NCBI GenBank assembly: GCA_963729045.1 | Contig: CAVSMN010000007.1 | Span: 64,001 to 128,000 of the forward strand | Reading direction: 5' to 3' | DNA length: 64,000 nucleotides | From: an uncultured Nitrososphaeraceae archaeon | GTDB taxonomy: Archaea; Thermoproteota; Nitrososphaeria; Nitrososphaerales; Nitrososphaeraceae | Part shown: piece by piece, positions 34,213-44,164 of the stretch | Layout of the letters: each line of letters opens with the position of its first letter | Position numbering within the stretch: position 1 is the stretch's first letter | Notes under the pieces: model-generated | Database searches by the model: none | What the model was told of the DNA's origin: nothing | Seen by the model: only the letters and a program-made list of their open reading frames with translations | Translations under genes and position numbers: made by a program

Positions 34213-35130
34213 ATGACAATATCTATTATTGGTTCTGGTAGAGTGGGGGCCTCGGTTGCCTTAAATTGCGGTATAAGAGAATTAGATCCTCAAATAAATC
34301 TAATCGATATAATCGAGGGATTGCCGCAAGGGGAAGCAATGGATATCAATCATCAATTGTCTGAACAAGGTATAGACAGTTTTGTCCAGGGCACCAATGA
34401 CTTTAGTATTTTGAAGGATTCGGAGATAGTCATTTTAGTTGCCGGGATTGGGCGTAAACCTGGAATGACGAGGATGGATCTTCTTAAAACAAATGCTTCT
34501 ATTGTTAAGGATGTTTCATCAAAAATTGCTCAACATCGTCAAACATGTAAACTAATTATAGTAACTAATCCTTTGGATCCAATGACATATCTTGCTCTAA
34601 AGACCACAAAATTTCCTAAAAATAATGTAATGGGAATGGGAGGAATGCTGGACTTGTCGAGATTCTCTAGTTTTATCAATGAATATACTCGTATGTCTAG
34701 AAATTCAATTTCAGCAATGGTGATTAGTGAACATGGAGAAAGGATGTTACCACTAATTAGATTTTCTTCGATTTCTGGAATACCTTTAAGTCATTTCATA
34801 GATGAAAAGCAATCAAAAGAAATCTATGAAAAAACCAAACAAGTGGCTGCTGAAGTCATTAAATATAAAGGCGCTACAGTATACGCACCAGGCAATGCGG
34901 TGGCAACTATGGTTGAATCAATAGTAAAAGACAAAAGAACTGTTATTCCATTATCTACATATCTTGATGGTGAATATGGGGTAAAAGATGTGTGTATTGG
35001 GGTTCCTGCGGTACTTGGGAAAGATGGAGTAGAAAAGATTGTAGAATTACCCCTAAACGAATTTGAACAACAAGAGTTCACAAACGGAGTTAAAAATGTG
35101 AAAGAAGCAATCTCTCTTCTGCCGCTTTAA
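34213..35130 (+). CDS. mdh: Malate dehydrogenase (LDH-like)
   Basis: [20 protein letters not shown] (MDH loop), VTNPLD, EHG. Confidence 0.95.
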   Translation: MTISIIGSGRVGASVALNCGIRELDPQINLIDIIEGLPQGEAMDINHQLSEQGIDSFVQGTNDFSILKDSEIVILVAGIGRKPGMTRMDLLKTNASIVKDVSSKIAQHRQTCKLIIVTNPLDPMTYLALKTTKFPKNNVMGMGGMLDLSRFSSFINEYTRMSRNSISAMVISEHGERMLPLIRFSSISGIPLSHFIDEKQSKEIYEKTKQVAAEVIKYKGATVYAPGNAVATMVESIVKDKRTVIPLSTYLDGEYGVKDVCIGVPAVLGKDGVEKIVELPLNEFEQQEFTNGVKNVKEAISLLPL

Positions 35131-35146
35131 CTTGTTTGTATGGTTT

Positions 35147-35923
35147 ATGGACTTAAGAAATATTTTATTAGATTATTACAATGACAAGAAAAGCCTTGAT
35201 GAAGTGATCAAATCTATCTCCCTTTTTTCTGTAGAATACATCGAGAACGATATAGCCCAAATCGATATTAACCGCGATTTTAGAAAATCTATTCCAGAGA
35301 TTATTCTGGCATCACACAAAAAAACTAGCGAATTGGTGATCATTATTAATCGAATCCTTGAGAAAAAAGGCTATGTCCTTGTGAGTAAAATTAAGCCTTT
35401 GATAGTAGGCAAATTGGTAAATTATTATAGCGAAAAGGGTCTTGTGGTAGACAGAGGCCACAATGGAACTTCTATACTAGTGTATGACGAGATAACTTCT
35501 CTTCCTAAAAATAGAGGAGGTAAAGTGGGAATCATTTGTGCTGGTACATCTGATGTGGGGATTGCTGAAGAGGCACGATTGGCAACTTTAGCAATGGGTT
35601 GCACGTCTTATCTTGCTTATGACGTAGGTATAGCTGGGATTCACAGATTGCTCAACTCATTGAAGCAAATGATGTCGAGCAATATCGATGTGATAGTAGC
35701 AGTTGCTGGAATGGAGGGGGCACTTCCAGCTGTGGTAACTTCTCTGGTATCTGTTCCAGTAATAGGTGTACCTTGTTCTGTGGGATATGGTTATGGCAAT
35801 AATGGTAAAGGTGCGTTGGCATCCATGCTGCAGACCTGTTCATTTGGTCTTTCTGTTGTAAATATAGATAACGGAATAGGGGGAGGCATTTTTGCAAGTA
35901 TAATCGCGAACAAGGGCCGGTGA
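35147..35923 (+). CDS. larB: LarB, NaAD carboxylase/hydrolase (PurE-like)
   Basis: AGTSD..AEEA, DVGIAGIHRL, VAGMEGALP, PCSVGYG, VVNIDNG. Confidence 0.93.
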   Translation: MDLRNILLDYYNDKKSLDEVIKSISLFSVEYIENDIAQIDINRDFRKSIPEIILASHKKTSELVIIINRILEKKGYVLVSKIKPLIVGKLVNYYSEKGLVVDRGHNGTSILVYDEITSLPKNRGGKVGIICAGTSDVGIAEEARLATLAMGCTSYLAYDVGIAGIHRLLNSLKQMMSSNIDVIVAVAGMEGALPAVVTSLVSVPVIGVPCSVGYGYGNNGKGALASMLQTCSFGLSVVNIDNGIGGGIFASIIANKGR

Positions 35924-36493
35924 AGAGTTCAAATACTTTTATGATTCTTATACAAAATATCTGTTAACCCTACGTTGTTTTTGACTCATTCGTAAAGTTT
36001 TTGATGACGGTTCGTAAATTCCTTTTGAAAAGCCTATTTATCTTCTCGCTAAGAGAAAATATGATCTATAAACTCCTGTTCAGCTGATTGCCCTTACAGA
36101 CAAGAATACAAAGGGTTAATGGACCTGCCTTTTGCTTGGACAATTAGCCTTCCAATACTTTTTTGGGATCTTCCAACAATTATATGCGAAAATGCATACC
36201 TTGCTTTATGTAATCATTCTGTTTTTTATGACTGACAGGCTAATCCAAGATTAAAGAATAATCTAATGTTATCATAGTTTTTCGACCTTTCATAAAGTCT
36301 ACCATGCATAACAGATTCAAAATGACTAAAATATTCTGATTGATTTAACAGTTATACAATGAATCTTATTTTGAACTTGATGATATGTTTGATCTCCTCA
36401 TTCATTAACATTATTTCTTTATCTATTTTTTAAAACGTTTATAAGAGATTTAAGAGAATTTTTTTGATTGTTAGAATAAAGGAGAAGTAATGA

Positions 36494-37066
36494 ATGTCTT
36501 ACATTAAAACGCTTAAAAGAATAAGAAATAATAAAACAAATTATAGAAAAAGAAAGGCTGTGTTAATTAGCAAAAGAAATTTCATAACGGTAAGAATCAG
36601 TAATCAAAATATTCACTGTCAATTGATCAAACCGTCGATTAAAGGTGATATCGTCCTCTCATTTTCCAATAGTAAAGAGCTGGCAAAATTTGAGTGGAAA
36701 GGTTCTACTAATAACTTATCTGCTTGTTATCTGGTCGGATTGATGCTTGGAAAAAAAATGCTTGCCAAAAAAATTGATTCTGCAATTTTGTATACTGGTC
36801 AGAGATCTTTCACAAGCAAAGTAGCAGCCTGTCTTAAAGGTATTGCTGCTGCTGGAGTCAATATTCCATTATCTGAAGAAACTTTGCCTGATGAAAATCG
36901 AATAAATGGTACCCACATATCACTATATGCCACAATTCTTAAGGAGGATAAAAATAAATATGAGAAACAATTTTCCGGGTTATTTAGTAAGAATATTAAT
37001 CCAGAAGAATATCCAAAACATTTTGAAGAAGTAAAGACTCGAATTTCTGCCGGAAATTTCAATTAG
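36494..37066 (+). CDS. rpl18: 50S ribosomal protein L18 (uL18)
   Basis: KTNYRKR, NLSACYLVG, RINGTHI. Confidence 0.95.
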   Translation: MSYIKTLKRIRNNKTNYRKRKAVLISKRNFITVRISNQNIHCQLIKPSIKGDIVLSFSNSKELAKFEWKGSTNNLSACYLVGLMLGKKMLAKKIDSAILYTGQRSFTSKVAACLKGIAAAGVNIPLSEETLPDENRINGTHISLYATILKEDKNKYEKQFSGLFSKNINPEEYPKHFEEVKTRISAGNFN

Positions 37067-37207
37067 GGTGAAAACTTGACTACAATAATATTCACCGAAA
37101 GAATAATAAACAAAAAAATAACTGATTTTGATAAGGTACTAATGTGTTGAGAATGAAAGTTATTATGATTAATGGATTGATAATGCCTTATGGATCGGGT
37201 GTAATTA

Positions 37208-37828
37208 ATGAGTAGGATGTCTAGGCCTAGTGAACCTGAGGTAGAATGGAAACCCAGAACTACACTAGGTATTATGGTAGCCAGTGGTAAAATTAACTCT
37301 ATGGAGCAAATATTTGAGAATGGAATGAGGATTCAGGAATCTGAGATTGTGAAACACCTTTTGCCTGATATCAAAACTCAGGTAGTAAGCGTCGAAATAG
37401 TACAAAAACAAACCGATGCTGGCGAACTCACTAGATTTAATGCTCTTGTGGCAATAGGCAATGAGTCTGGGTGGTTTGGAATAGGAAAAGGTAAAGCCTC
37501 ACAAATGAGAAACGCTATAGACAAGGCCACCAATGCTTCTTATTTAAACGTCATTCCAGTAAAATTGGGATGCGGAAGTTGGGAATGTCGATGTCACCAA
37601 GCTCATTCGGTGCCGTTTAAAGTGCAGGGTAGAGGTGGCAGTGTAACGATTGAATTGATCCCTGGCCCTCGTGGATTAGGTATAGTAGCTGGTGAGAATA
37701 TTAGAAACTTGTTGAAATTAGCGGGATTAAAGGATTGCTGGAGTAGGTCTTTTGGATCTACTAATACGATGTCGTCTACTGCAAAAGCAATTTTTAGTGC
37801 ATTAAGAAGTACGTTTATCACAGGATAG
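37208..37828 (+). CDS. rps5: 30S ribosomal protein S5 (uS5)
   Basis: WKPRTTLG, QKQTDAGE, GCGSWEC, PGPRGLG. Confidence 0.97.
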   Translation: MSRMSRPSEPEVEWKPRTTLGIMVASGKINSMEQIFENGMRIQESEIVKHLLPDIKTQVVSVEIVQKQTDAGELTRFNALVAIGNESGWFGIGKGKASQMRNAIDKATNASYLNVIPVKLGCGSWECRCHQAHSVPFKVQGRGGSVTIELIPGPRGLGIVAGENIRNLLKLAGLKDCWSRSFGSTNTMSSTAKAIFSALRSTFITG

Positions 37829-37836
37829 GAATTGAA

Positions 37837-38307
37837 ATGGTGTATTTAGTAGTTAGAATGAAAGGAACTGTTAACATTCCCAATTGGGCAAATGTAACAC
37901 TTGAAAGTTTACATCTTAACAAGAAATTTCGTGCAACTTTGATTCCAGAAAATGACCAAACATTGGGGATGCTCAGGAAAATAAAAGAAATTGTTGCTTG
38001 GACTTCCGTTGAGGAAAACTTTATCAGAGAATTCATAGAACAAAAAGGCCGTGCATCATCATCTAAATTGTTTTCCAATCAGAGGCAGGAGGAATCTGGA
38101 AAAACATCCAATACTGACATTAACAAGGTTGTCTCTGATGTCTCTAAGAATGAAACATATCTTTCCAAATTAGATGGAATAAAACCATGGTTTGCGTTGA
38201 ATCCTCCAAGAGGCGGATTTAAGAAAAAATCAAAGCTTTTGCACTCTCAAAACGGAATATTGGGGGAGAATAAAGATTTGTTAGAAATCGTAAAGAGGAT
38301 GATGTAA
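37837..38307 (+). CDS. rpl30p: 50S ribosomal protein L30 (uL30)
   Basis: VVRMKG, GMLRKIKE, LNPPRGG. Confidence 0.93.
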   Translation: MVYLVVRMKGTVNIPNWANVTLESLHLNKKFRATLIPENDQTLGMLRKIKEIVAWTSVEENFIREFIEQKGRASSSKLFSNQRQEESGKTSNTDINKVVSDVSKNETYLSKLDGIKPWFALNPPRGGFKKKSKLLHSQNGILGENKDLLEIVKRMM

Positions 38308-38406
38308 TCTATGAACAATAATTATTTGTCGTTTAGTAAAGCATTGCAAACTTTAATATTTATACCCAAAGTTGCTTATCCACTAAGGGACATTTGGTGA
38401 TAATGG

Positions 38407-38844
38407 ATGGCTACTCGATTAAGAAAAAGTAGAAAACAGCGCGGAAGTCGCTTCTGCGGATGGGGCCAAATTGGTCAACATAGAGCTTCGGGAAGTAGAG
38501 GAGGTGTAGGAGGCGCTGGAAAGCACAAGCACTTCTTCATCAGAACACTTAAAGAGGAACCGAATCATTTTGGGCATGAACAATTTCATGCATTAAGACC
38601 AAGCGATTCTTTAAGATGGATAAATCTTAAAGACTTGAATGAGTTGGTAAAATATTCAGAAACTAGTGAAGATGGTAAGGTCATACTTGATTTAGAAAAG
38701 TTAGGGTATGATAAGGTATTGGGTAATGGAGCCATAAACTCTGCCCTTACAGTTCGGGTAAAAAGGATCTCAGACTCTGCCAAGAACAAAATCACAGCAG
38801 CTGGAGGAGAGGTGCTAATTTTAGATGAGCTCAGTACAGAATGA
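38407..38844 (+). CDS. rpl15: 50S ribosomal protein L15 (uL15)
   Basis: RGSR.CGWG..GQHR.SG.RGG.G.AG, KVLGNG, KI.AAGG. Confidence 0.97.
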   Translation: MATRLRKSRKQRGSRFCGWGQIGQHRASGSRGGVGGAGKHKHFFIRTLKEEPNHFGHEQFHALRPSDSLRWINLKDLNELVKYSETSEDGKVILDLEKLGYDKVLGNGAINSALTVRVKRISDSAKNKITAAGGEVLILDELSTE

Positions 38845-40276
38845 TGGTATATTTAGAACAATCGTAAAGACAATCTCCCCTGTTATCCCACAAGTTGAGA
38901 AACCTAAAAAGAAAATTACTCTAACTAATAAATTGATATGGACTGGCATTGCTATGCTTATATACTTAGTAATGGGCCAGGTTCCATTATTTGGAATAAT
39001 TATCGATCCCGCAAATGATCCATTGGCTTTTGCCAGAGTAATCTTTGCTGCCCAACAGGGAACTTTGTTGGAGCTTGGAATTGGTCCTATTGTTACTGCT
39101 GGATTGTTAATGCAGTTATTGAAAGGTTCGGATATATTAAAACTAAACTTTAAGGATCCTAATGATAGATCCCTTTTTACATCTGCTACAAAAATAGTGA
39201 CAATAATTGTAATCGTTGCAGAAACACTACTGTATGGTGTAAGTGTATATGGAGGTGCTACTCCGTCGGGCCTCCACTTGGCCGTATTAATAGCGCAGTT
39301 GATGGCGGCGTCCATCATAGTCATGTACCTTGATGAATTGGTTCAGAAAGGATGGGGGCTTGGCTCAGGAATCAGTATATTCATTATGGCCGGGGTCGCG
39401 CAAGCGATAATGTGGAGTCTCTTTAATCCCATACCAATACCTGGTGGCACTGAACCTAGTGGCTTGATACCCTTCATGATCACAAGCGGAATGGAGGGTA
39501 ATATAGGAGACGCTATACTCCGTGCGTCACCACCTGCACCTGTACCAAATATGCCCAGCCTCTTTGGATTTGGGATGACCGCGGGGATATTGCTGCTATT
39601 GGTCTACGTTCAGGGTATACACGTGGACATACCTATAGTATCGACCCGGTATCGGGGCTTTACTGCGACATATCCCATCAAATTACTTTATACGTCCAAC
39701 ATCCCCGTGATTTTGGCGTCTGCGCTTTTGGCGAACGCGCTTTTCATAGGGCAAATGCTCTGGGTAAATTACAATCCTAACAACGATAATCCTGCCTTCA
39801 ACTATATAGCGCAGTACGACGCGCAATCGCAGAAACCTACTGGAGGTCTGTTTTATTACATTACTGCGCCTAGATCCTTTGAGGCTGTCGTAGCGGATCC
39901 CGTTAGAGCGGTTGTATACGTACTGTTCTTGACGACGATTGTTACCATCTTTGGCCGGCTTTGGGTGGAGCTAGGTGGACTCTCTGCGAAGGCGGCGGCG
40001 AAGAACCTATTGGATGCGGATGTCCAAGTACCTGGTTTTAGACGGTCGGAAAGTTCAGTGGAATCCCTGCTGAACCGGTATATCCCGTCTGTGACTATAA
40101 TAGGAGGAGTAATAATCGGGTTATTGGCTTCTGTATCAGATTTATTCAATGTTTTCGGAACTGGAATAGGTTTGTTACTGATGGTGGATATACTTGTGAA
40201 CTACTATAACTTGTTGGTTAGAGAACAAGTCGACGTTCATATGCCAAAATTGGCTTCCTTATTAGGACGCACATAG
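38825..40276 (+). CDS. secY: Preprotein translocase subunit SecY
   Basis: ELGIGPIVTA, KGWGLGSGIS, YPIKLLYTSNIP, PGFRRS, GTGIGLLL. Confidence 0.98.
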   Translation: MSSVQNDGIFRTIVKTISPVIPQVEKPKKKITLTNKLIWTGIAMLIYLVMGQVPLFGIIIDPANDPLAFARVIFAAQQGTLLELGIGPIVTAGLLMQLLKGSDILKLNFKDPNDRSLFTSATKIVTIIVIVAETLLYGVSVYGGATPSGLHLAVLIAQLMAASIIVMYLDELVQKGWGLGSGISIFIMAGVAQAIMWSLFNPIPIPGGTEPSGLIPFMITSGMEGNIGDAILRASPPAPVPNMPSLFGFGMTAGILLLLVYVQGIHVDIPIVSTRYRGFTATYPIKLLYTSNIPVILASALLANALFIGQMLWVNYNPNNDNPAFNYIAQYDAQSQKPTGGLFYYITAPRSFEAVVADPVRAVVYVLFLTTIVTIFGRLWVELGGLSAKAAAKNLLDADVQVPGFRRSESSVESLLNRYIPSVTIIGGVIIGLLASVSDLFNVFGTGIGLLLMVDILVNYYNLLVREQVDVHMPKLASLLGRT

Positions 40277-40290
40277 AAGAATTTGGTCAC

Positions 40291-40324
40291 ATGATAATGA
40301 TTTCAAAATCAAAATCATTATCAT
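40291..40324. repeat. Perfect 13-bp inverted repeat ATGATAATGATTT-N8-AAATCATTATCAT between secY and adk
   Basis: Read directly; function unknown. Confidence 0.8.
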
Positions 40325-40423
40325 ACCATATATTCTCAAATTTTAATACTTTGCAAATTAATGAAACTATTATTATCAATTATAAAGCTAAAAATAAAGG
40401 ATTTATTTTCTAAATAGAATTAT

Positions 40424-40999
40424 ATGACTAAGCGCGTTATGATAGTTGGGATTCCAGGTGTAGGAAAATCTACTGTTATAACAAATGTATTTAATTTGCT
40501 CTCTCAAGAGGGTATCGATACTAAAATCGCCGAATTTGGTAAGATCATGTTCGAACAAGCAAAACTCCTATCGATCAACAATCGCGACCAACTCAGGAAG
40601 TTATCTATAGAGCAGCAGAGGTCTTTACAGGAAATGACTGCAAACTATATTAATTCGTTAGGTAATGACGTTGTAATTATCGACACCCACTTATTTATCA
40701 GAACTGAGCACGGGTATTATCCAGGTATGCCGTTAAAATTATTAAATATAATAAATCCTTCGCACTTGATTCTGATCACAGCAAAATCCGAAGAGATTCA
40801 TAAAAGAAGGACTGACGATAATAGCAGACAAAGAGATCTGATTTCTATTGACCGTATTAGCGATGATTTAAGGTTATCTGAGAGTATGATATCTTCAAGC
40901 TCCATAATATCTGGTTGCCCTTTCTATATTATACAAAATAATACAAATGAGATTGAAAAGGCTACAGATGATATTTGTGAGGTCATATTAAGCAAATGA
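40424..40999 (+). CDS. adkA: Archaeal adenylate kinase
   Basis: GIPGVGKST, RDQLRKL, IDTH, GYYPG.P. Confidence 0.95.
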   Translation: MTKRVMIVGIPGVGKSTVITNVFNLLSQEGIDTKIAEFGKIMFEQAKLLSINNRDQLRKLSIEQQRSLQEMTANYINSLGNDVVIIDTHLFIRTEHGYYPGMPLKLLNIINPSHLILITAKSEEIHKRRTDDNSRQRDLISIDRISDDLRLSESMISSSSIISGCPFYIIQNNTNEIEKATDDICEVILSK

Positions 41000-41072
41000 T
41001 AGCAAAAAAATCATTGATAGCTTTATATATACATAGGTCACTATTGACCAAAATCTAGTTTTAGTGTTAAAA

Positions 41073-41696
41073 ATGGGATCGAATCAAATTAAGGATATTA
41101 AGAAAAGTGAAGACAATGTGGATCGAAAGATGAGTATTGTAATTTCTGGATGGCCCGCTGTGGGAAAGACTACGATTGCTGAAAATCTAGCAAAGGATTT
41201 TAATCTAAAACTTTGGAACGGGGGAGATATATTAAAGATGATGGCGTTTGAAAGAGGTTATTCTTCGTCACTCAATCATGATTGGTGGGATACAGAAGAG
41301 GCAGCTAAATTTATGAAAGAACGCAACAATAATCCAAACTTTGACAGAGAGGTAGATAATCGTTTGATTGAGCTTGTCAAAGAGGGAAACGTCGTCATTA
41401 CTAGTTATACGTTACCATGGATCTCAGACGCAACAATAAATTTTTGGTTGCAGGGCTCTGTTGATAATAGATCAAAACGTATGTCAATGAGAGATAAAAT
41501 AGATATTAATACTGCCAAGAAAATAGTACAACGACGCGATGTTGAAAATAAATTAATTTATCAAAAACTATATCAGTTCGAATTTGGGGAAAAGCTAGAT
41601 GTATTCGACTTTGCCATGAATACTGATATCTTGTCATTAGAATCTTTAATTATTATTTCAAAAAACATAGTAGAGAATGTATTAAGTTCATCTTGA
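41073..41696 (+). CDS. cmk: Archaeal cytidylate kinase
   Basis: ISGWPAVGKTT, FDREVD, R..R...RD. Confidence 0.88.
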   Translation: MGSNQIKDIKKSEDNVDRKMSIVISGWPAVGKTTIAENLAKDFNLKLWNGGDILKMMAFERGYSSSLNHDWWDTEEAAKFMKERNNNPNFDREVDNRLIELVKEGNVVITSYTLPWISDATINFWLQGSVDNRSKRMSMRDKIDINTAKKIVQRRDVENKLIYQKLYQFEFGEKLDVFDFAMNTDILSLESLIIISKNIVENVLSSS

Positions 41697-41727
41697 ATAT
41701 TATGAAATTTAAAGGTAACGAAAATTA

Positions 41728-42775
41728 ATGGAATTTAATCTTCCTCAATTAGACAAATTAGTAAAGATAAATGATGGAACGTCCGATGAGAAATTTGGAT
41801 ATTATCCTAATAATAGACCCATTGCCCAATTATTAAGTTATGGACTGATTTTGTTGGACAAACCACCTGGCACTACAAGTCACGAAATTGTTTCATACGT
41901 TAAGAAAATACTTGGTTTGGAAAAAGCTGGACATAGTGGTACCTTGGATCCAGGGACTACTGGATTGTTGCCTATTGGTTTAGATGAAGGAACAAAAATA
42001 GTCCCAGGTACTACTCATGGGGCCAAAGGAATATGTTGCCTTGGCTAGACTTCATAGTCATGTTTCCAATGAAAAACTTGGTCAAGTACTGAAGGAATTT
42101 ACGGGTCTTATATATCAAAAACCACCCCAAAGATCATCTGTAAAACGTGAGACACGCATTAGAACGATTTACGAATTGGAATTACATGATCAATTTGATC
42201 GATTGTTATTATTAAGAACAGTATGTGAGTCTGGAACATACATTCGTAAACTAATATATGATATAGGGGAAGTTCTTGAAGTTGGTGCTTCAATGATCGA
42301 GTTACGGAGGACTAAAGTTTGTAATTTTGTAGATGAAACCGACTTTGTTAGACTACATGATCTGGTAGATGCATTTCAGTTGTATAAAGAATCCGGCAAT
42401 GAAGAGAAACTTCGACGAATCATGCTTCCAATTGAAATGGCTATGACTCATATTCCAGCAATAACTATTAGGGATACTGCAATTGATGCTCTATGCCACG
42501 GCGCACAGTTAGCACTGCCTGGCATAGTCTCAATTCCTCAAAACCTAAAAAAGGGTGATTTAGTAGGTATCTATTCACTAAAAGGAGAAATCGTCGGACT
42601 GGGTATTTCTGTATTAGATTTTGATGAATTTCTTAGTAAAAAGAAGGGAATTTGCTTCCAAATAAAGCGGATCGTTATGAAACCAAACACATATCCCAAA
42701 TTTTGGTCCACATCCGACACTAATGCGAACCCAGCCAACCATAATGTAACCAGTGATGAATCGATCTTTACCTAA
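41728..42775 (+). CDS. cbf5: H/ACA pseudouridine synthase Cbf5; +1 frameshift near 42008
   Basis: LDKPPG.TSHE, AGHSGTLDP, QKPPQRSSVKR, SGTYIRKL, PUA domain. Confidence 0.95.
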
Positions 42776-42852
42776 TTATGAATTGCTGATCCAACCACAA
42801 CATGTGATTGCCAGGCAATTTAATTCGAAGTAGACCGATCAGAACTAAATTA

Positions 42853-43011
42853 TTAAATAGTCTCCCCGAATCCTGGGCTTGTTTTATCTAGCATCGATAT
42901 TTTTCTTGCGAGGTTTTCCATAGTACCGGGCAAATGACAATTACACATGCAGTCATCACATTCTATGTGTTTTAAATTCTTGCAAGAGTTTGAAAGTTGT
43001 AATTTTTCCAT
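42853..43011 (-). CDS. 52-aa Cys/His-rich microprotein (not in ORF track)
   Basis: MEKLQLSNSCKNLKHIECDDCMCNCHLPGTMENLARKISMLDKTSPGFGETI*, translated by hand; fills the cbf5-priL gap. Confidence 0.6.
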   Translation of the reverse strand: MEKLQLSNSCKNLKHIECDDCMCNCHLPGTMENLARKISMLDKTSPGFGETI

Positions 43012-43103
43012 ATACCTATCTTTTGATAACGTGTTCTAAATTTAATTGTTTAATCCATAGAAAATTTTATTTAATTTTGATGTGTTATATCATCAAGTAC
43101 AAT

Positions 43104-44156
43104 TTGGTGGTGAGATTTGGTAATAAGGATCTGGCTAAATATCCTTTCTTAAAAGAAGCATTTTCGTATATTACTAAATATGATTTTAAACTCGATGATC
43201 TCGAAAGTAGAGATTATCTGCATCTAGTAAACAAGGCTAATGAAAAAATAGAGCAATATTTATTTTTTGAAAGAGATGAATATCAAATTAATTATAACAA
43301 AACACATGAAACGATAGTACAGGAAGAGGTTATCATATTCCTTATCTCATTGTTATTAGTCAAATCTGTTTCAATCGAAGCAGTGACTAAAAAATTTGCA
43401 TTGTTGGAATCAATGAGATTTGAAAAGTACCTTATTTCTGATTTAAATACAGCCAATCGAGATGATAAAACTATCAAACTAATACTCTACAAGATTTTTG
43501 AGGATTTATTTAGTACTAAAATCTTGTTAGAAGAAAATGTTTATAACTTTTACAAAATCCGAATCACTGATTATTTGGATCACCCCATTGCATTTCAAGA
43601 GAAAGAATGGAATTTAGTCAATAGGACTCTTCACAATGGATTTGTGTATTTGGATGGAAGTGAAATAGTAAGGTTATTCAGAAATGAACTTTATTTATTA
43701 ATAATTGACAGGATCAAGAAAATGAACATTGATAGAATCCCAGATACCATAATGGCGATTTCAAGTTCTATCAAAACTCGTTGGGAACAAATGCACCCGT
43801 CATTTAATACACCTGTTTACAAAGCAGTTACACCTCCATGCATCCAACACATATATGATCAAATTAGTAAAGGTGAGAATTTGCCCCATCCTGCAAGGTT
43901 GCTTTTGGGCACATTTCTAATTTATTCCAATAAAACTCTGGATGAGATGTTAGATCTTTTCAAACGATTACCCGATTTCGATGAAAAAATTACTCGCTAT
44001 CAGTTGGAACATCTTGCAGGTAAAAAAGGTGGTTCTAAAAGATATTATGTTCCCTCTTGTGAAAAGATTAAACTAGAAAATTTATGTTATGAGACAAAAA
44101 TATGTCAGGGAATTAGCAATCCTATTCAGCTCATTAGGAAGAAATCGGATATCTAG
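43104..44156 (+). CDS. priL: DNA primase large subunit
   Basis: AKYPFL, W.LVNR.L..GFVYL, PPCI, GENLPH.AR, YQLEH, Y..PSC..C..C..NP Fe-S cysteines; start inferred. Confidence 0.93.
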   Translation: MVVRFGNKDLAKYPFLKEAFSYITKYDFKLDDLESRDYLHLVNKANEKIEQYLFFERDEYQINYNKTHETIVQEEVIIFLISLLLVKSVSIEAVTKKFALLESMRFEKYLISDLNTANRDDKTIKLILYKIFEDLFSTKILLEENVYNFYKIRITDYLDHPIAFQEKEWNLVNRTLHNGFVYLDGSEIVRLFRNELYLLIIDRIKKMNIDRIPDTIMAISSSIKTRWEQMHPSFNTPVYKAVTPPCIQHIYDQISKGENLPHPARLLLGTFLIYSNKTLDEMLDLFKRLPDFDEKITRYQLEHLAGKKGGSKRYYVPSCEKIKLENLCYETKICQGISNPIQLIRKKSDI

Positions 44157-44164
44157 TATGTCTG

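Noticed and set aside
38821..40149. Antisense ORFs in secY as an overlapping gene explaining the codon anomaly
   Set aside because: They are in the usual shadow frame, are interrupted, and do not match the tract boundaries.
41900..42030. Possible bulge-helix-bulge intron in cbf5, as in some crenarchaea
   Set aside because: GHSGTLDP is uninterrupted; the split is explained by one extra G near 42008.
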